A DNA stretch of 61,611 bases, the filler included, from Pirum gemmata (lineage: Eukaryota), in the NCBI GenBank assembly GCA_002812295.1. It is 21 parts of 21 records of this genome, joined end to end, with 100 filler letters (N's around TTAATTAATTAA, not from the genome) between each part and the next. Parts side by side here need not be neighbours in the genome. Positions count along the whole stretch, not along the records: positions 47,179 to 49,965 come from PDIN01004498.1; positions 50,066 to 52,897 come from PDIN01004499.1; positions 52,998 to 55,812 come from PDIN01004500.1; positions 55,913 to 58,697 come from PDIN01004501.1; positions 58,798 to 61,611 come from PDIN01004503.1; 16 more parts are not named here. One strand, written 5' to 3'. Positions within the stretch are counted from its first letter, which is position 1, and each line of letters opens with the position of its first letter. The position numbers and the translations under genes are program-made. Shown piece after piece: positions 49,298 to 60,565 of the stretch. The notes under the pieces are model-generated. The model saw nothing but the letters and a program-made list of their open reading frames with translations. It was not told where the DNA came from and did not search any database.

Positions 49298-49965
49298 AGA
49301 GAACAAGTACAGCAATACCAATTACAACTACAACACCGAGAGCAACAACAACAGCAACAAAGACAACAAGAACAACGATATCAATTACAGCTACAACAAA
49401 GAGAACAACTACAAAGAAACAACTCACAGCCACAGGTGCACATGGGTTTGTCTAAAAGTAGTCCAAATCTATCGTTTTATAAAAATGGCTCCAGTCAAGA
49501 CTCGAGCTCCCACGAGAAGGACAAAGGGGCAAGTCGCGCCTCTCTTTCCTCAGGTTTTATTCAGAAACGCAACAGTGAACCGTGTCTAGCAAGTTTTCGT
49601 AAAAGTATTTCAAATCAACCAAATTTGAAAACCGCGCTAAGTGAATTATCAACATATATCTCTCCTCAACAGCAAACTACTCAGCAGTCTGTTTCTCCGT
49701 CAACATCACCACCACCTTTATTGCAGCATTCGAATGAACAATGGAGTTGGGGAACAGAATTACAAAGTAAATTACAACAAAAAAAAAAACAACAACAACA
49801 ACAACAGCAGCAGCAGCAACACCAACAACAGCTGCAGCAACAACAACAGCAGCACCAACACCAACACCAACACCAACACCAATACCAACACCAATACCAA
49901 CACCAACACCAACTACAACAACACCAACTACAACAACTACAACTACAACAACAACAACAACAACA
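47445..49965 (+). CDS. Ankyrin-repeat + SAP-domain + poly-Gln protein; exon 1 47445-47706, exon 2 from 48327 (3' truncated)
   Basis: GTAAGT...AAAG phase-1 intron at 47707-48326 joins in frame (CQNVKSGFSELTMDIAS). Repeats of G(H/N)LE(V/I)VKYLHENRNEGC; SAP motif ITVKDLKNLLDALGLEKSGQKHALIKRI. Confidence 0.88.
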
Positions 49966-50208
49966 NNNNNNNNNNNNNNNNNNNNNNNNNNNNNNNNNNN
50001 NNNNNNNNNTTAATTAATTAANNNNNNNNNNNNNNNNNNNNNNNNNNNNNNNNNNNNNNNNNNNNTATTAATATTAATATTAACTTATATTAATATTATT
50101 ATTAATATTATAATAATAATAATGATATTCAATATTTCCATTAATTAATTTGCGGTTGGTTCAATTCCACTTTTACTCATATAAAAGTGTTCATCACCAG
50201 CTGGTACT

Positions 50209-50352
50209 TTATAGATTCTCGATTAAATTAGTTTGGCTATTACTACGACTTTCAATACAATTATCGCTCGAATTGTTATTAAACTGTTCATTATCAGTAT
50301 AGTCAATATCATGATTTTCGTATTCATCAATAACTTTACTATAATATTCCGG

Positions 50353-50405
<53 letters not shown>

Positions 50406-52874
50406 GATTTTGTTGATTTTGTTGTTTTTGTTGTTCTTTTTGTTCTTTTTGTTGTTGATGTTGCTGTTGTTGTTGTTGTTGTTGAGCCTGTTGTTGATGA
50501 TCTCGTTGTTGTTGTTGTTGTTGTGGTTGTTGTTGTTGATTAGTAGTAATAGATATACATTCACTGTAACCACCATTATCAAGAGGCAAAGCATGTGCGT
50601 AATTTTGAGAATCATATTGAGTTTCACATTCGTATTCATAATAAATAGAGTTAGAATTAGAGTTAGAGCTAGAGTAAGAGTTGGAGTAAGAGTTAGAGTT
50701 AGAGTTAGAGTTAGAGTTAGAGTTAGAATTAGAATTAGAGTTAGAGTTAGTAGGGTTATAATCAATTAAACCACTAATACTACTAATACTATTTTCACGA
50801 GAGTTTGAAGTTAAGTTAGTATATTCTTCATCAGTTTGCATTTCGTTTCTTAATTTATCATTTTCGCCTTGTACAAATTGTTCTACTGTCATTCCTAAAA
50901 ACTTTTTATCTCTTTTTTTCTTTTGATTTTTAGTATACATTAAAAAACTAACCACTGCACTAATAATAAATAACACTAACAATCCTAATATTAAACCTAC
51001 TAATGCACCTGTACTAATACTATTACTTTGATTGCTTGTATTAATAGATTGTACAGAAACACCTAATGAACATTGTAAATCATCATTTACTTTGCCATTA
51101 CAAAATAAACATGAATAAAGCTGGGTGATATTGTTATAAAAAAGAGCAAACCCATCTTTGCAACTTTTGCACTTTCTTTGTGGAGAATGATTATCCGCAC
51201 ATTGTTTATCAAAATGAATAATACAATCACTTATAACATCAGTACAAACCTCACAACTACTTAAATTGGTTTCATTATTATTATTATCATTATTATTATT
51301 ACTATTATCTATTTTGGTTTTTGGTTGTTGTAAATAATGTCCAGGTTGACATTCATTACATACTTTTTCAGTATGAAAAACACTATCACATTCTAATTTA
51401 TAACTACCACAATGCTGAGTGGATTCTGAACAACTTACACAAGTATTATTATTATTTAAATAATAACCCACACGACATAAATCACAAACCAAAGCATTAA
51501 ATATTGTACATTGTTGTTTATGTTCTGCACAATTAAAGTCAGTACTATGACAAGCAATACATTTTTTTTGATCAGAAGATAAATAATAACCATCATCACA
51601 CACACCACAAGTTCGATAATTTACTTCTGAAGTACAATTATGTTGAAATTGTTTACAATTTAAAATGTTTAATTGACAAGGTCTACATAAATTGTTATCA
51701 AGATCCAAAAAGTAATCACTCTCACAACTTTCGCAAGTATTATCAGTTGTCAATACTTTGTTTTCACTACAACTTTTACATAACATATAACCTGTTCTAT
51801 TAGAGTTATCACAAATGTTTTCATAATAAATTTGACAATCTTTAACTCCTTTTTCGCACGATTTACAAGTGTTAGTTAACTTATCTAACACTGATCCTTG
51901 TGTACATTCTAAACATGAACGTACTAATTGGTTGACACCTTGAAAAGAGTTTATAATACATGTTTTGCTATAATAAGAGCATTTATCTACTGCAGTACAT
52001 TTCTCACATTTATTTGTAATATTATTAAGCTGGAACCCAATTTCACATTCTAAACAAGTTTTACTTTTGTTAACATCATCCCCTTTACAATTAACATCAT
52101 GAAACAAACAATTATTAACATCAAAACATTCTGTACATTCGTTATTAGAGTTAAGTTGATATCCTAATTGACATTTACCACATGTTCTTTCATAAAATGC
52201 TACAGGGTTAGGGTTAGGGTCAGAGGCAGGGTTAGGGTTAGGGTTAGGGTTAGGGTTAGGATTAGGGCTTTTCTGAATGCATTCATTTTCATGGTACAGA
52301 CAAAAAGGTACCTCTGTGCACTTCTTACAAACTACACTATTGTTTACTAATTGATACCCAGCATTGCATTGATCACAAACACTATACTGATTAATACATT
52401 CTAATTCTGTATTAATATTTATACAATTAATATCAGTTATACATTTTACACATTGTTGTCGATTAGTAGATAAAGTGAAACCTGGATAACATTCTGAACA
52501 TAAACTTTGTCTATTATTACTAACCAAACAATCATCCTCATGTTTTTTGCAATTTTGTACAGATTTACCACAGAGTGTACTACATTGTTTATTAACAATG
52601 TAATATCCTTCATAACAATCAGTACAAATTCTTAAATTTGATTTAGGATCACAAACAAAAGAAGCAGTTTTACAATTAGCTTCAACAGAACAAGCCAACT
52701 CTAAAAGTTGATCGTTGGATTGTATAGTAGCCCATTTATTATTGTCAAAATAAACGGTGGCTCCAATACCATTTTGTAATTTTAAACGGCCACTGTCAAT
52801 GTTATAAAAAGAATTCAAACGTATAATTATTTTTGGGTTAACTTCTCTTAAAGTTTGAAAGCAAGTAGTATCAT
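50209..52874 (-). CDS. Single-pass receptor with furin-like/VSP-type CxxC repeats, TM and long Tyr-rich tail (5' exons missing)
   Basis: TACAG acceptor at 52875-52876. About a dozen CxxCxxG(Y/F)xL..CxxC units; GALVGLILGLLVLFIISAVVSFLMY helix then basic residues. Confidence 0.9.
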
Positions 52875-53287
52875 CTGTAATATATTATTTTATTATTNNN
52901 NNNNNNNNNNNNNNNNNNNNNNNNNNNNNNNNNNNNNNNNNTTAATTAATTAANNNNNNNNNNNNNNNNNNNNNNNNNNNNNNNNNNNNNNNNNNNNTTA
53001 GTATTAGTATTAATAAAAGTCGTGAAAGATGTGAAAATTAATTCAAGTATAACTTTGATCATGAGTTTAATGTTATTTGTTAAAAAATAATATTGCGATT
53101 ATGTAAATCTCGAAAATCTTTTCAATTAAAACAAGATTGGTTTTTTTGAAAAATATAATATTAATACCAAGTGAATAAACACCTTTATCTGCAAGTACTA
53201 ATTAAAGTTGTTATTGTGTCTTTGAAAAAATACCAAACAAGGTTGTAAAAAATACTAATTAAGGTTATATAAAGGCGTCTCTAATTG

Positions 53288-53589
53288 AAGAGGCTAATAC
53301 AGATGACATCACGTATATATATTTTTTTTCAACGCGTTTATCCACCTATAAATAAGTCGAACGAACCTCTTACGGATAAAATATACGAAACAAAAAAGTA
53401 AAAATAAGAAAAAAAGTGAATTGGATAAAGTTTTTAATTTTTTTTATATCTTATTAATATATATAATTTAAAAATAAAAAAAATGGAATAGTAATATTTA
53501 AATCTCTCGGGGTTCGCCTTAGGTTAGCTGACACGATGAAAAAAAAAATTTAAAAAAACGTAGTGCGATATTTTCTGTATTAGCCTCTT
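53288..53589. mobile_element. MITE-like element with 16-bp TIR AAGAGGCTAATACAGA
   Basis: Perfect inverted 16-mers ~300 bp apart; single copy in the window. Confidence 0.6.
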
Positions 53590-53696
53590 GATTTAGAATT
53601 CTTTAATTATACTTCATAGTGACTGCTAGTAGTAACCTTTCAAAACATTAATAATTCAAATAATAATACTTCATAGTGACTTAAAAAAAATACCAA

Positions 53697-55019
53697 TTAA
53701 TGTTTTACTTCATAGTAATGTTCTTGTTCAGGAAGCCCCAGATTTCGGGAATTTTCCTCATATGTCATGTATTTCTCTCCGTAGTAAATGTTTCGGGAAT
53801 TTTCTTCAAACGTGACGTATTCCCCTTCCTTGTCCACATTAATACTTTGAGCTGCTGAGAATTCTTTTATTTCGTAGCAAGTCTTGCTGTTAGTATAGTT
53901 TTTATCTTTATTTACTGTTGCTTTCTTAGTGGGCGTAGCATGGATGACAGGACCAGTAGCACTTTTAGTTACGTATTCGTATTCAGCGTCAGATTGCAAA
54001 ACAATGGCTCCCTCGTTGACAAATTCTTTTGGAGTTAATCCATTTAATTGATCTTTTTTTAATTCTTTAATTTTGCTATTTTTTCGGCAATAAACCACTG
54101 CTAAGATGATCGCAATAACCAAGACAGAAACAACTACGCCTACTATGATGCCAACAAGCATACCCACATTACTACTCCCACCGTTATCCCCACCACTATC
54201 ACTTTCTGAACTGGTTCCAGTACTAGTGGTAGGTATATTAGTAGTGGTGATAACAAAAGCATTATTAGGTAAAGAGGGATTAGCATCGTTTTGAGGAAGA
54301 TTGCTATTTTGGCACTGACCCATACCACCTTTAATAACATTTTGATAAATCCACTGCTGGTCAGCATCGTTAGACGCACAATTCTCGTTTAAATGAAAAT
54401 CGGCAGTGTAATGAAAAATGGAATCTTCCTCGGATATATAAAAGTGGATACACTTGTATTGTTGACTGGAATTGCTATAGGTAATGTTACTGGGAATTTG
54501 TATTATTGTGGGTCCAGTGAAAGTCGCCGCGAAAGAGAAATCTGTGCAATTAGTATCTTGATATAAAAAAAATCGAGTATACAATGGCAAAACAAACCAA
54601 CGTGTTTGAGAAAGAGGCCAGTTTGGAATTGTACTTTGGGTAGCTTCACTTGAAACTATTTGCATAGCATTGTTCATGTTTGGAAAATTGGTGCTGGTGT
54701 TAGTATGGCACTGTGACCTGGTTGCGCTAGAAGCGTGTATTGTAAATCGATCTTTGTCCCCAGAGTTACAAGAGGGTGACTTGTGGAAAATGGTCACATA
54801 CTGGTTAGACGATGTAGAGTAGAAAAAGTGTGCACATTGAAACGGGGAGGCATCAACAGGAAACATTTCAGGTTTGGCAAAATCATAGGTGAACGCTGCT
54901 GATGCATTACAATTGTTTTGGTTTAAATAAAATGACACTTTCACTGGAAATCCAGGAGGATTCCCGTTCACCCCAAGGTTTAAGAATGATAGTATGGAAT
55001 ATAAAAAAAATACAAACAT
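53697..55019 (-). CDS. Complete type I membrane protein: signal peptide, two tandem 4-Cys domains, Ser/Thr/Gly stalk, TM, Tyr-rich tail
   Basis: MFVFFLYSILSFLNLGVNG signal; internal duplication; MLVGIIVGVVVSVLVIAIILAVVYC helix; about 11 Tyr in the tail. Confidence 0.92.
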   Translation of the reverse strand: MFVFFLYSILSFLNLGVNGNPPGFPVKVSFYLNQNNCNASAAFTYDFAKPEMFPVDASPFQCAHFFYSTSSNQYVTIFHKSPSCNSGDKDRFTIHASSATRSQCHTNTSTNFPNMNNAMQIVSSEATQSTIPNWPLSQTRWFVLPLYTRFFLYQDTNCTDFSFAATFTGPTIIQIPSNITYSNSSQQYKCIHFYISEEDSIFHYTADFHLNENCASNDADQQWIYQNVIKGGMGQCQNSNLPQNDANPSLPNNAFVITTTNIPTTSTGTSSESDSGGDNGGSSNVGMLVGIIVGVVVSVLVIAIILAVVYCRKNSKIKELKKDQLNGLTPKEFVNEGAIVLQSDAEYEYVTKSATGPVIHATPTKKATVNKDKNYTNSKTCYEIKEFSAAQSINVDKEGEYVTFEENSRNIYYGEKYMTYEENSRNLGLPEQEHYYEVKH

Positions 55020-55128
55020 CCTTTCTAAAATTATTATTCTAAGGCCTCTTGGTTTTGTTTTTGTAGTTTACTAGTATTATTATTATTATACTACTTTCAC
55101 ATAAATTTCTAAATCTTTATAGACGGAG

Positions 55129-55812
55129 TACAGACCACTAACTTAAAACGACATTTGAAATCATAGAATACTAAAATAACAAAATGATATTAATTTAACT
55201 TTAAATTTGATCTTAATTTTATTTATAACAAGGATGAATAACGAATTTTAATGATTTTCTTGATTTTAGTTTTATCTTTAAGGAAAATATTATAATTATA
55301 TTTTTATCTAACTTCTTATTTTATTTTAAAAAATATAATAAGAATAAACCGATAAATATTGACCCTTCTTTTTTGTTTTTATTATTATTATTATAGTATT
55401 ATTATTATTATTATTTTTACAATAATATGATATTATGTAAAAAAAATAAAAAAATAAAAAAATTACTTTTTAAAAAATAAATAAGTTTTATCTTACTCAA
55501 CAAACATAAATTTTTAAATATTTATAATTATTTCTCCACTACAGATTACTAACTTAAAACGACATTTGAAATCATAGAATACTAAAATAACAAAATCAAA
55601 TTAATTTAACTTTAATTTGATCTTACTTTTATTTATAACAAGGACGAATGACGAATTTTAATGATTTTCTTGATTTTAGTTTTACCTTTAATAAGGAAAA
55701 TATTATAATTATATTTTTATCTAACTTCTTATTTTATTTTAAAAAATATATAATAAGAATAAACCGATAAATATTGACCCTTCTTTTTTGTTTTTATTAT
55801 TATTATTATAGT
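55129..55812. repeat. ~270-bp direct duplication upstream of the 53697-55019 gene
   Basis: 55129-55400 closely matches 55540-55812 with scattered differences. Confidence 0.9.
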
Positions 55813-56712
55813 NNNNNNNNNNNNNNNNNNNNNNNNNNNNNNNNNNNNNNNNNNNNTTAATTAATTAANNNNNNNNNNNNNNNNNNNNNNNNNNNNNNNN
55901 NNNNNNNNNNNNTTTTTTATTGCTTATTTAGAACGCTCTCGTCGAGCCCGACTGCATGACAGTTTTAGATTTTCGAAAAAAAAAAAAAAAGTGAACAAAA
56001 TCGCAAAAAACATGATTTTTTCGAACTCATAAAAAATTTATCCATTTTTTTAGTTTTTTAAAAAAAATGTTATGTATAGATTGCCCCACCATATTAGTAA
56101 AAAAACACTTTTTTTAAAAAACGATAATTAACCAATAAAATAAAATAAATAAAAAATAAATAAAAGTACTATGGTAAATTACAGTAGGGGTAAGATGACG
56201 TCATTCTATTATTACCGAACAGCTGCCGGAACTTTTCCGATTTTATAGTTTTTATTACTATTAATGTTAATATTATTACTCTAATTGGTGTCTACTAAAT
56301 TAGATTTACTATTTTAAGCTATTTAACTGCTATTATTAGTAAAGAAGACGGAACTAAGGTTGGCTCGATAAGCATCTGTTCGAAAAAAGTTCCAGTAAAT
56401 ATCTCATCCCTAGCTAGTTAAATTACCTTGATGAAACAGTTACAGATCAAAGAATTACCTTTGATTTTAAAAAACAAACCAAATAAGGTCACTGATGGAC
56501 CAGTTTTGGCTATTTTCATTGGTTCATTTTGTTCACTTATTCTATAATATTACCAAATATGGTGCTTTTTTTTTAATTAGTATTAGAACTCGAAATAACT
56601 TTTGAGCATTGCAAATGTATTAAAATAATATAAAGCTCGAAAGTCTGATTTCAAACAAAGCAGCTGAGATAGGTCTAGCTAGCTGAAAAAGGGAAGAAGG
56701 AAAGAAAACACC

Positions 56713-57085
56713 AATACTACTAATACTAATACTAATACTAATACTAATACTAATACTAATACTAATACTAATATTAATACTAATACTAATACTAATATTA
56801 ATACTAATACTAATACTAATACTAATACTANNNNNNNNNNNNNNNNNNNNNNNNNNNNNNNNNNNNNNNNNNNNNNNNNNNNNNNNNNNNNNNNNNNNNN
56901 NNNNNNNNNNNNNNNNNNNNNNNNNNNNNNNNNNNNNNNNNNNNNNNNNNNNNNNNNNNNNNNNNNNNNNNNNNNAATACTAATACTAATACTAATACTA
57001 ATACTAATACTAATACTAATACTAATACTAATACTAATACTAATACTAATACTAATACTAATACTAATACTAATACTAATACTAA
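56713..57085. repeat. (AATACT)n microsatellite with gap
   Basis: Direct reading. Confidence 0.95.
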
Positions 57086-57880
57086 CGTAGCTATTGGATT
57101 TTATGTTTAAAATAAATAAATAAATAAATAAATATTTAATTAAAAATATAAAAAAAAAAAATTAACGTAGGTAATTGGATTTTATGTTTAAAACAAACAA
57201 ACAAATAAATAAAAATATATAAAAAAAACCAACGTAGCTAATTGGATTTTATGTTTAAAATAAAACAAATAAATAAAAATATATATAATTATAAAAAAAC
57301 TAACGTAGCTAATTGGATTTTACGCTTAAGTATCGTATGTTCCTCCTCATCATAATCAACATGGTTTTCATTCTCAAAAAGTATTCTTTAATTCATCAAA
57401 CGTTGGTTCTTTCATATTCATATCCGTCCATTTATTTTTGGTAATAATCTTTTAAAGCTGATTGTAATTCGGAATTGTAATAACAATGAAACATAGTTTT
57501 TACATTATGATTATTTCTTTTAGCCAATTTACAATAATCGAAGAATAATGTTCCGATGTTAGTGTGCAATTCATGGATTGTGGCGTTAATAATTAACAAT
57601 AAGGTTTCTTAACAATAAGTTTTCTTAACACTCATCATTCATTTCTTCAATAATAAATATGTTCACGAAAATCCGTTTTAATAAATAAAAATGGATATCA
57701 GGAATTATAATAATGTATACCACGCGGTAATTCCTTACACGGATGAAAAATTATTTGATAAAACAAACCAACGTTAATATAATATCAAAATCCATGTGAT
57801 CATTCTCGAAAATACCGGGTGATGATGCCAATCTCCATTTCATGTATGGGGTTATAATAATTAACAAATTCAAACAAAGC

Positions 57881-57990
57881 AGCTGCGATTGGTCTAGCTA
57901 TCTAGCTGAAAAAGGGAAGAAGGAAAGAAAACTTGTAACTGGACAACGTTGTTGTAGTTGTAGTTGTAGTTGTTGTTGTTGTTGTTGTAG

Positions 57991-58058
<68 letters not shown>

Positions 58059-58182
58059 ATCATTATTATTATAGCTGCGATTGGTCTAGCTATCTAGCTG
58101 AAAAAGGGAAGAAGGAAAGAAAACTTGTAACTGGACAACGTTGTTGTAGTTGTAGTTGTAGTTGTAGTTTTTGTTGTTGTAG

Positions 58183-58262
<80 letters not shown>

Positions 58263-58265
58263 ATC

Positions 58266-58275
<10 letters not shown>
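57881..58275. repeat. Tandem duplication of a ~70-bp unit plus (GTT)n
   Basis: agctgcgattggtctagctatctagctgaaaaagggaagaaggaaagaaaac at 57881 and 58073; related copy at ~56660. Confidence 0.9.
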
Positions 58276-58298
<23 letters not shown>

Positions 58299-59046
58299 GT
58301 TGTTGTTAATGTTGTTGTTGTTGTTGTTATTGTTGTTGTTGTTATGTACCGTACTGAGTAGGGGCGAGATGATGTCATTTTATTATTACCGAGTAGCTGT
58401 TCGAACTTTTCGATTTATTATGGTTTTTATTACTATTACTGTTAACATCATTACTTTATTTGGTATTTATCATAATTCAAATTATCATTTTTAGCTATTT
58501 AACTTCTATTATTAGTAAGAAACACAGAACTAAGGTTGGCTTGATTAGCATCTGTTCGAAAAAAGTTTCAGTAGATATCTCACCCCTACTGTATATTATC
58601 ATATAATACTGCCAATTATTTAATAAGAGCGTTATGAAAGTTAATTTTTCTTGTCGTTTATTGTTTATTGTTTATTGTTTATTGTTTATTGTTTATTNNN
58701 NNNNNNNNNNNNNNNNNNNNNNNNNNNNNNNNNNNNNNNNNTTAATTAATTAANNNNNNNNNNNNNNNNNNNNNNNNNNNNNNNNNNNNNNNNNNNNTTT
58801 TTTGTTTTTGTTTTTTATCATATCATAAAGAAAAAAAAAACCTTATTTTCCGGAAATCCTTATTATGTTATTCAGTAATTACATAAGCAGTATTATGCCA
58901 GAGCTATGTAAGCATATTATTATATGATAACTAAGCTATATAATATTACGTAATTTTTTTAAAAAATAGCTTTATTATCCGGAAATCCTTATTGTTTTAT
59001 TCAGTAATTACATAAACAGTATTATGCCAGAATTATGCCAGCGTAA

Positions 59047-59078
<32 letters not shown>

Positions 59079-59952
59079 AATAACAAAAAAAAATAGCCTA
59101 TGATTTTTTTAGCTAACCAACCAAAAACTCTTTTGTATTTTTCACTTTGTGGAGATTGACCATAAAATCTATAATTTCAAATAGCAAAAACTCAATATAT
59201 ATTAGTCAATAAATACTCTTAATCGATAAGGAATGTCGGGACTAGAAACAAAGATCAGCCCTACAGACGAATCAACATGCGTTATTATTTACATATTATT
59301 TATTCGGCAAATAATTTTTTAGCTTGAACATCTCCTACCAAATCTTTTCTTTTTGTGACTTCGTTTAGTCACGAGAAATTTCTAAATCAGTCAGTAAGTA
59401 CAGGTCCATGGTTGTTATTGAAATAATTGAAATACTCATCACTTTTTTATTAGTTGTATCAATTTAAATAATAAATTGAAGAAAGAATATGAGTATATTT
59501 GCAAATAAACATTTAAACGCAAAACGAAAATGGTGAACTATTTACAAGACCCAGTTAAACAAACAAAAGAAATTATAAAAAGATAATAGTATAGTAGAAA
59601 ATTATTATAGCATAAATAGCTAGCATAATTGGGCCAGGCTAAACTTCTCCCAATTCTGCACGAGCCCGAAAACTCGAATTTCTGCTGTCAAAAAATTGTG
59701 CTTTGTTCGAAAACAAAATTTAAATTTTTTTTCAGGGTTATAAATAAATATATATACTCGAATACTTAACTGATAGCTTAAAATTTTCGAACTTACTAAA
59801 TTAATGCATAGGCTTGAAAATTGAAATCTCGATTTTTTAAACAAAGCAAATTGGGAGAACCTTCTGGACGCTGGTTGGGTGTTTATATCAAAAAAAGGGT
59901 AGAATAATGATAGTCTAATGTAAAAAAAAAAAAAGGTTTGGGTTTTTTAAAA

Positions 59953-60170
59953 GGTTAGGGTTAGTGTTTCAGGTTTAGGGTTAGGGTTAGGGTTAGGGTT
60001 AGATAGGGTTTTTTTAAGGTTAAGGTTAAGGTTAGAGGTAAGGTTAGGGTTAGGGTTAGGGTTAGGGTTAGGGTTAGGGTTAGGGTTAGGGTTAGGGTTA
60101 GGGTTAGGGTTAAGGTTAGGGTTAAGGTTAGGGTTAGGTAGGGTTAGGGTTAGGGTTAAGGTTTGGGTTG
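59953..60170 (+). repeat. Interstitial (TTAGGG)n array
   Basis: Direct reading. Confidence 0.92.
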
Positions 60171-60262
60171 TTAAAATTACACTTTCATATTTTTTTGGTT
60201 AAAAAGTTATCTGGGAGAGCAAGAAACACAAAGTGATCAAAAATATGAAAGTGTAATTTTAA
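60171..60262. repeat. 24-bp perfect inverted repeat at the edge of the TTAGGG array
   Basis: ttaaaattacactttcatattttt / aaaaatatgaaagtgtaattttaa; gggttaggg resumes afterwards. Confidence 0.85.
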
Positions 60263-60310
60263 AACAAGGGTTAGGGTCTAACGGTAGAGACGGTAGAGGT
60301 AGTGGTGCTG

Positions 60311-60565
60311 GGCTGTAAAAAAAGCTGTAAAAATAAGACTACCATCATATCAAATGAGGAGTATATTATAAGTTTGATTTTATAATAGCCTTGAAAAATT
60401 AGCTGTAAAAATAAAACTACCATCATAATATTATCAAATGACAGTTTGTAAGTTTGATTTTATAATAGTCTATGCTTGTAAAAAATAAACGTTTAGAACT
60501 AGTGTGAAAAGGCTGTCAAAAAAAGACTACCATCATATCAAATGACAGTTTATGTTTGATTTTTA
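60311..60565. repeat. Three diverged ~90-110-bp tandem units
   Basis: gctgt.aaaa..a.actaccatcata..tcaaatga....gtttgatttt repeated three times. Confidence 0.85.

Noticed and set aside
47445..49965. Ankyrin protein as the missing IkB
   Set aside because: Repeats lack the TPLH-type IkB consensus and the contig is unlinked to NF-kB
53747..53757. kB-like site GGGAATTTTCC
   Set aside because: Lies inside coding sequence and is explained by the EENSR codons; no regulatory context
57842..58494. Poly-Cys metallothionein-like and poly-Leu/Thr ORFs
   Set aside because: (GTT)n microsatellite within a tandem duplication
2849..58753. Regularly spaced TTAATTAATTAA repeat resembling a CRISPR or chromosome-breakage signal
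   Set aside because: Always embedded in fixed N runs; an assembly linker, not biology
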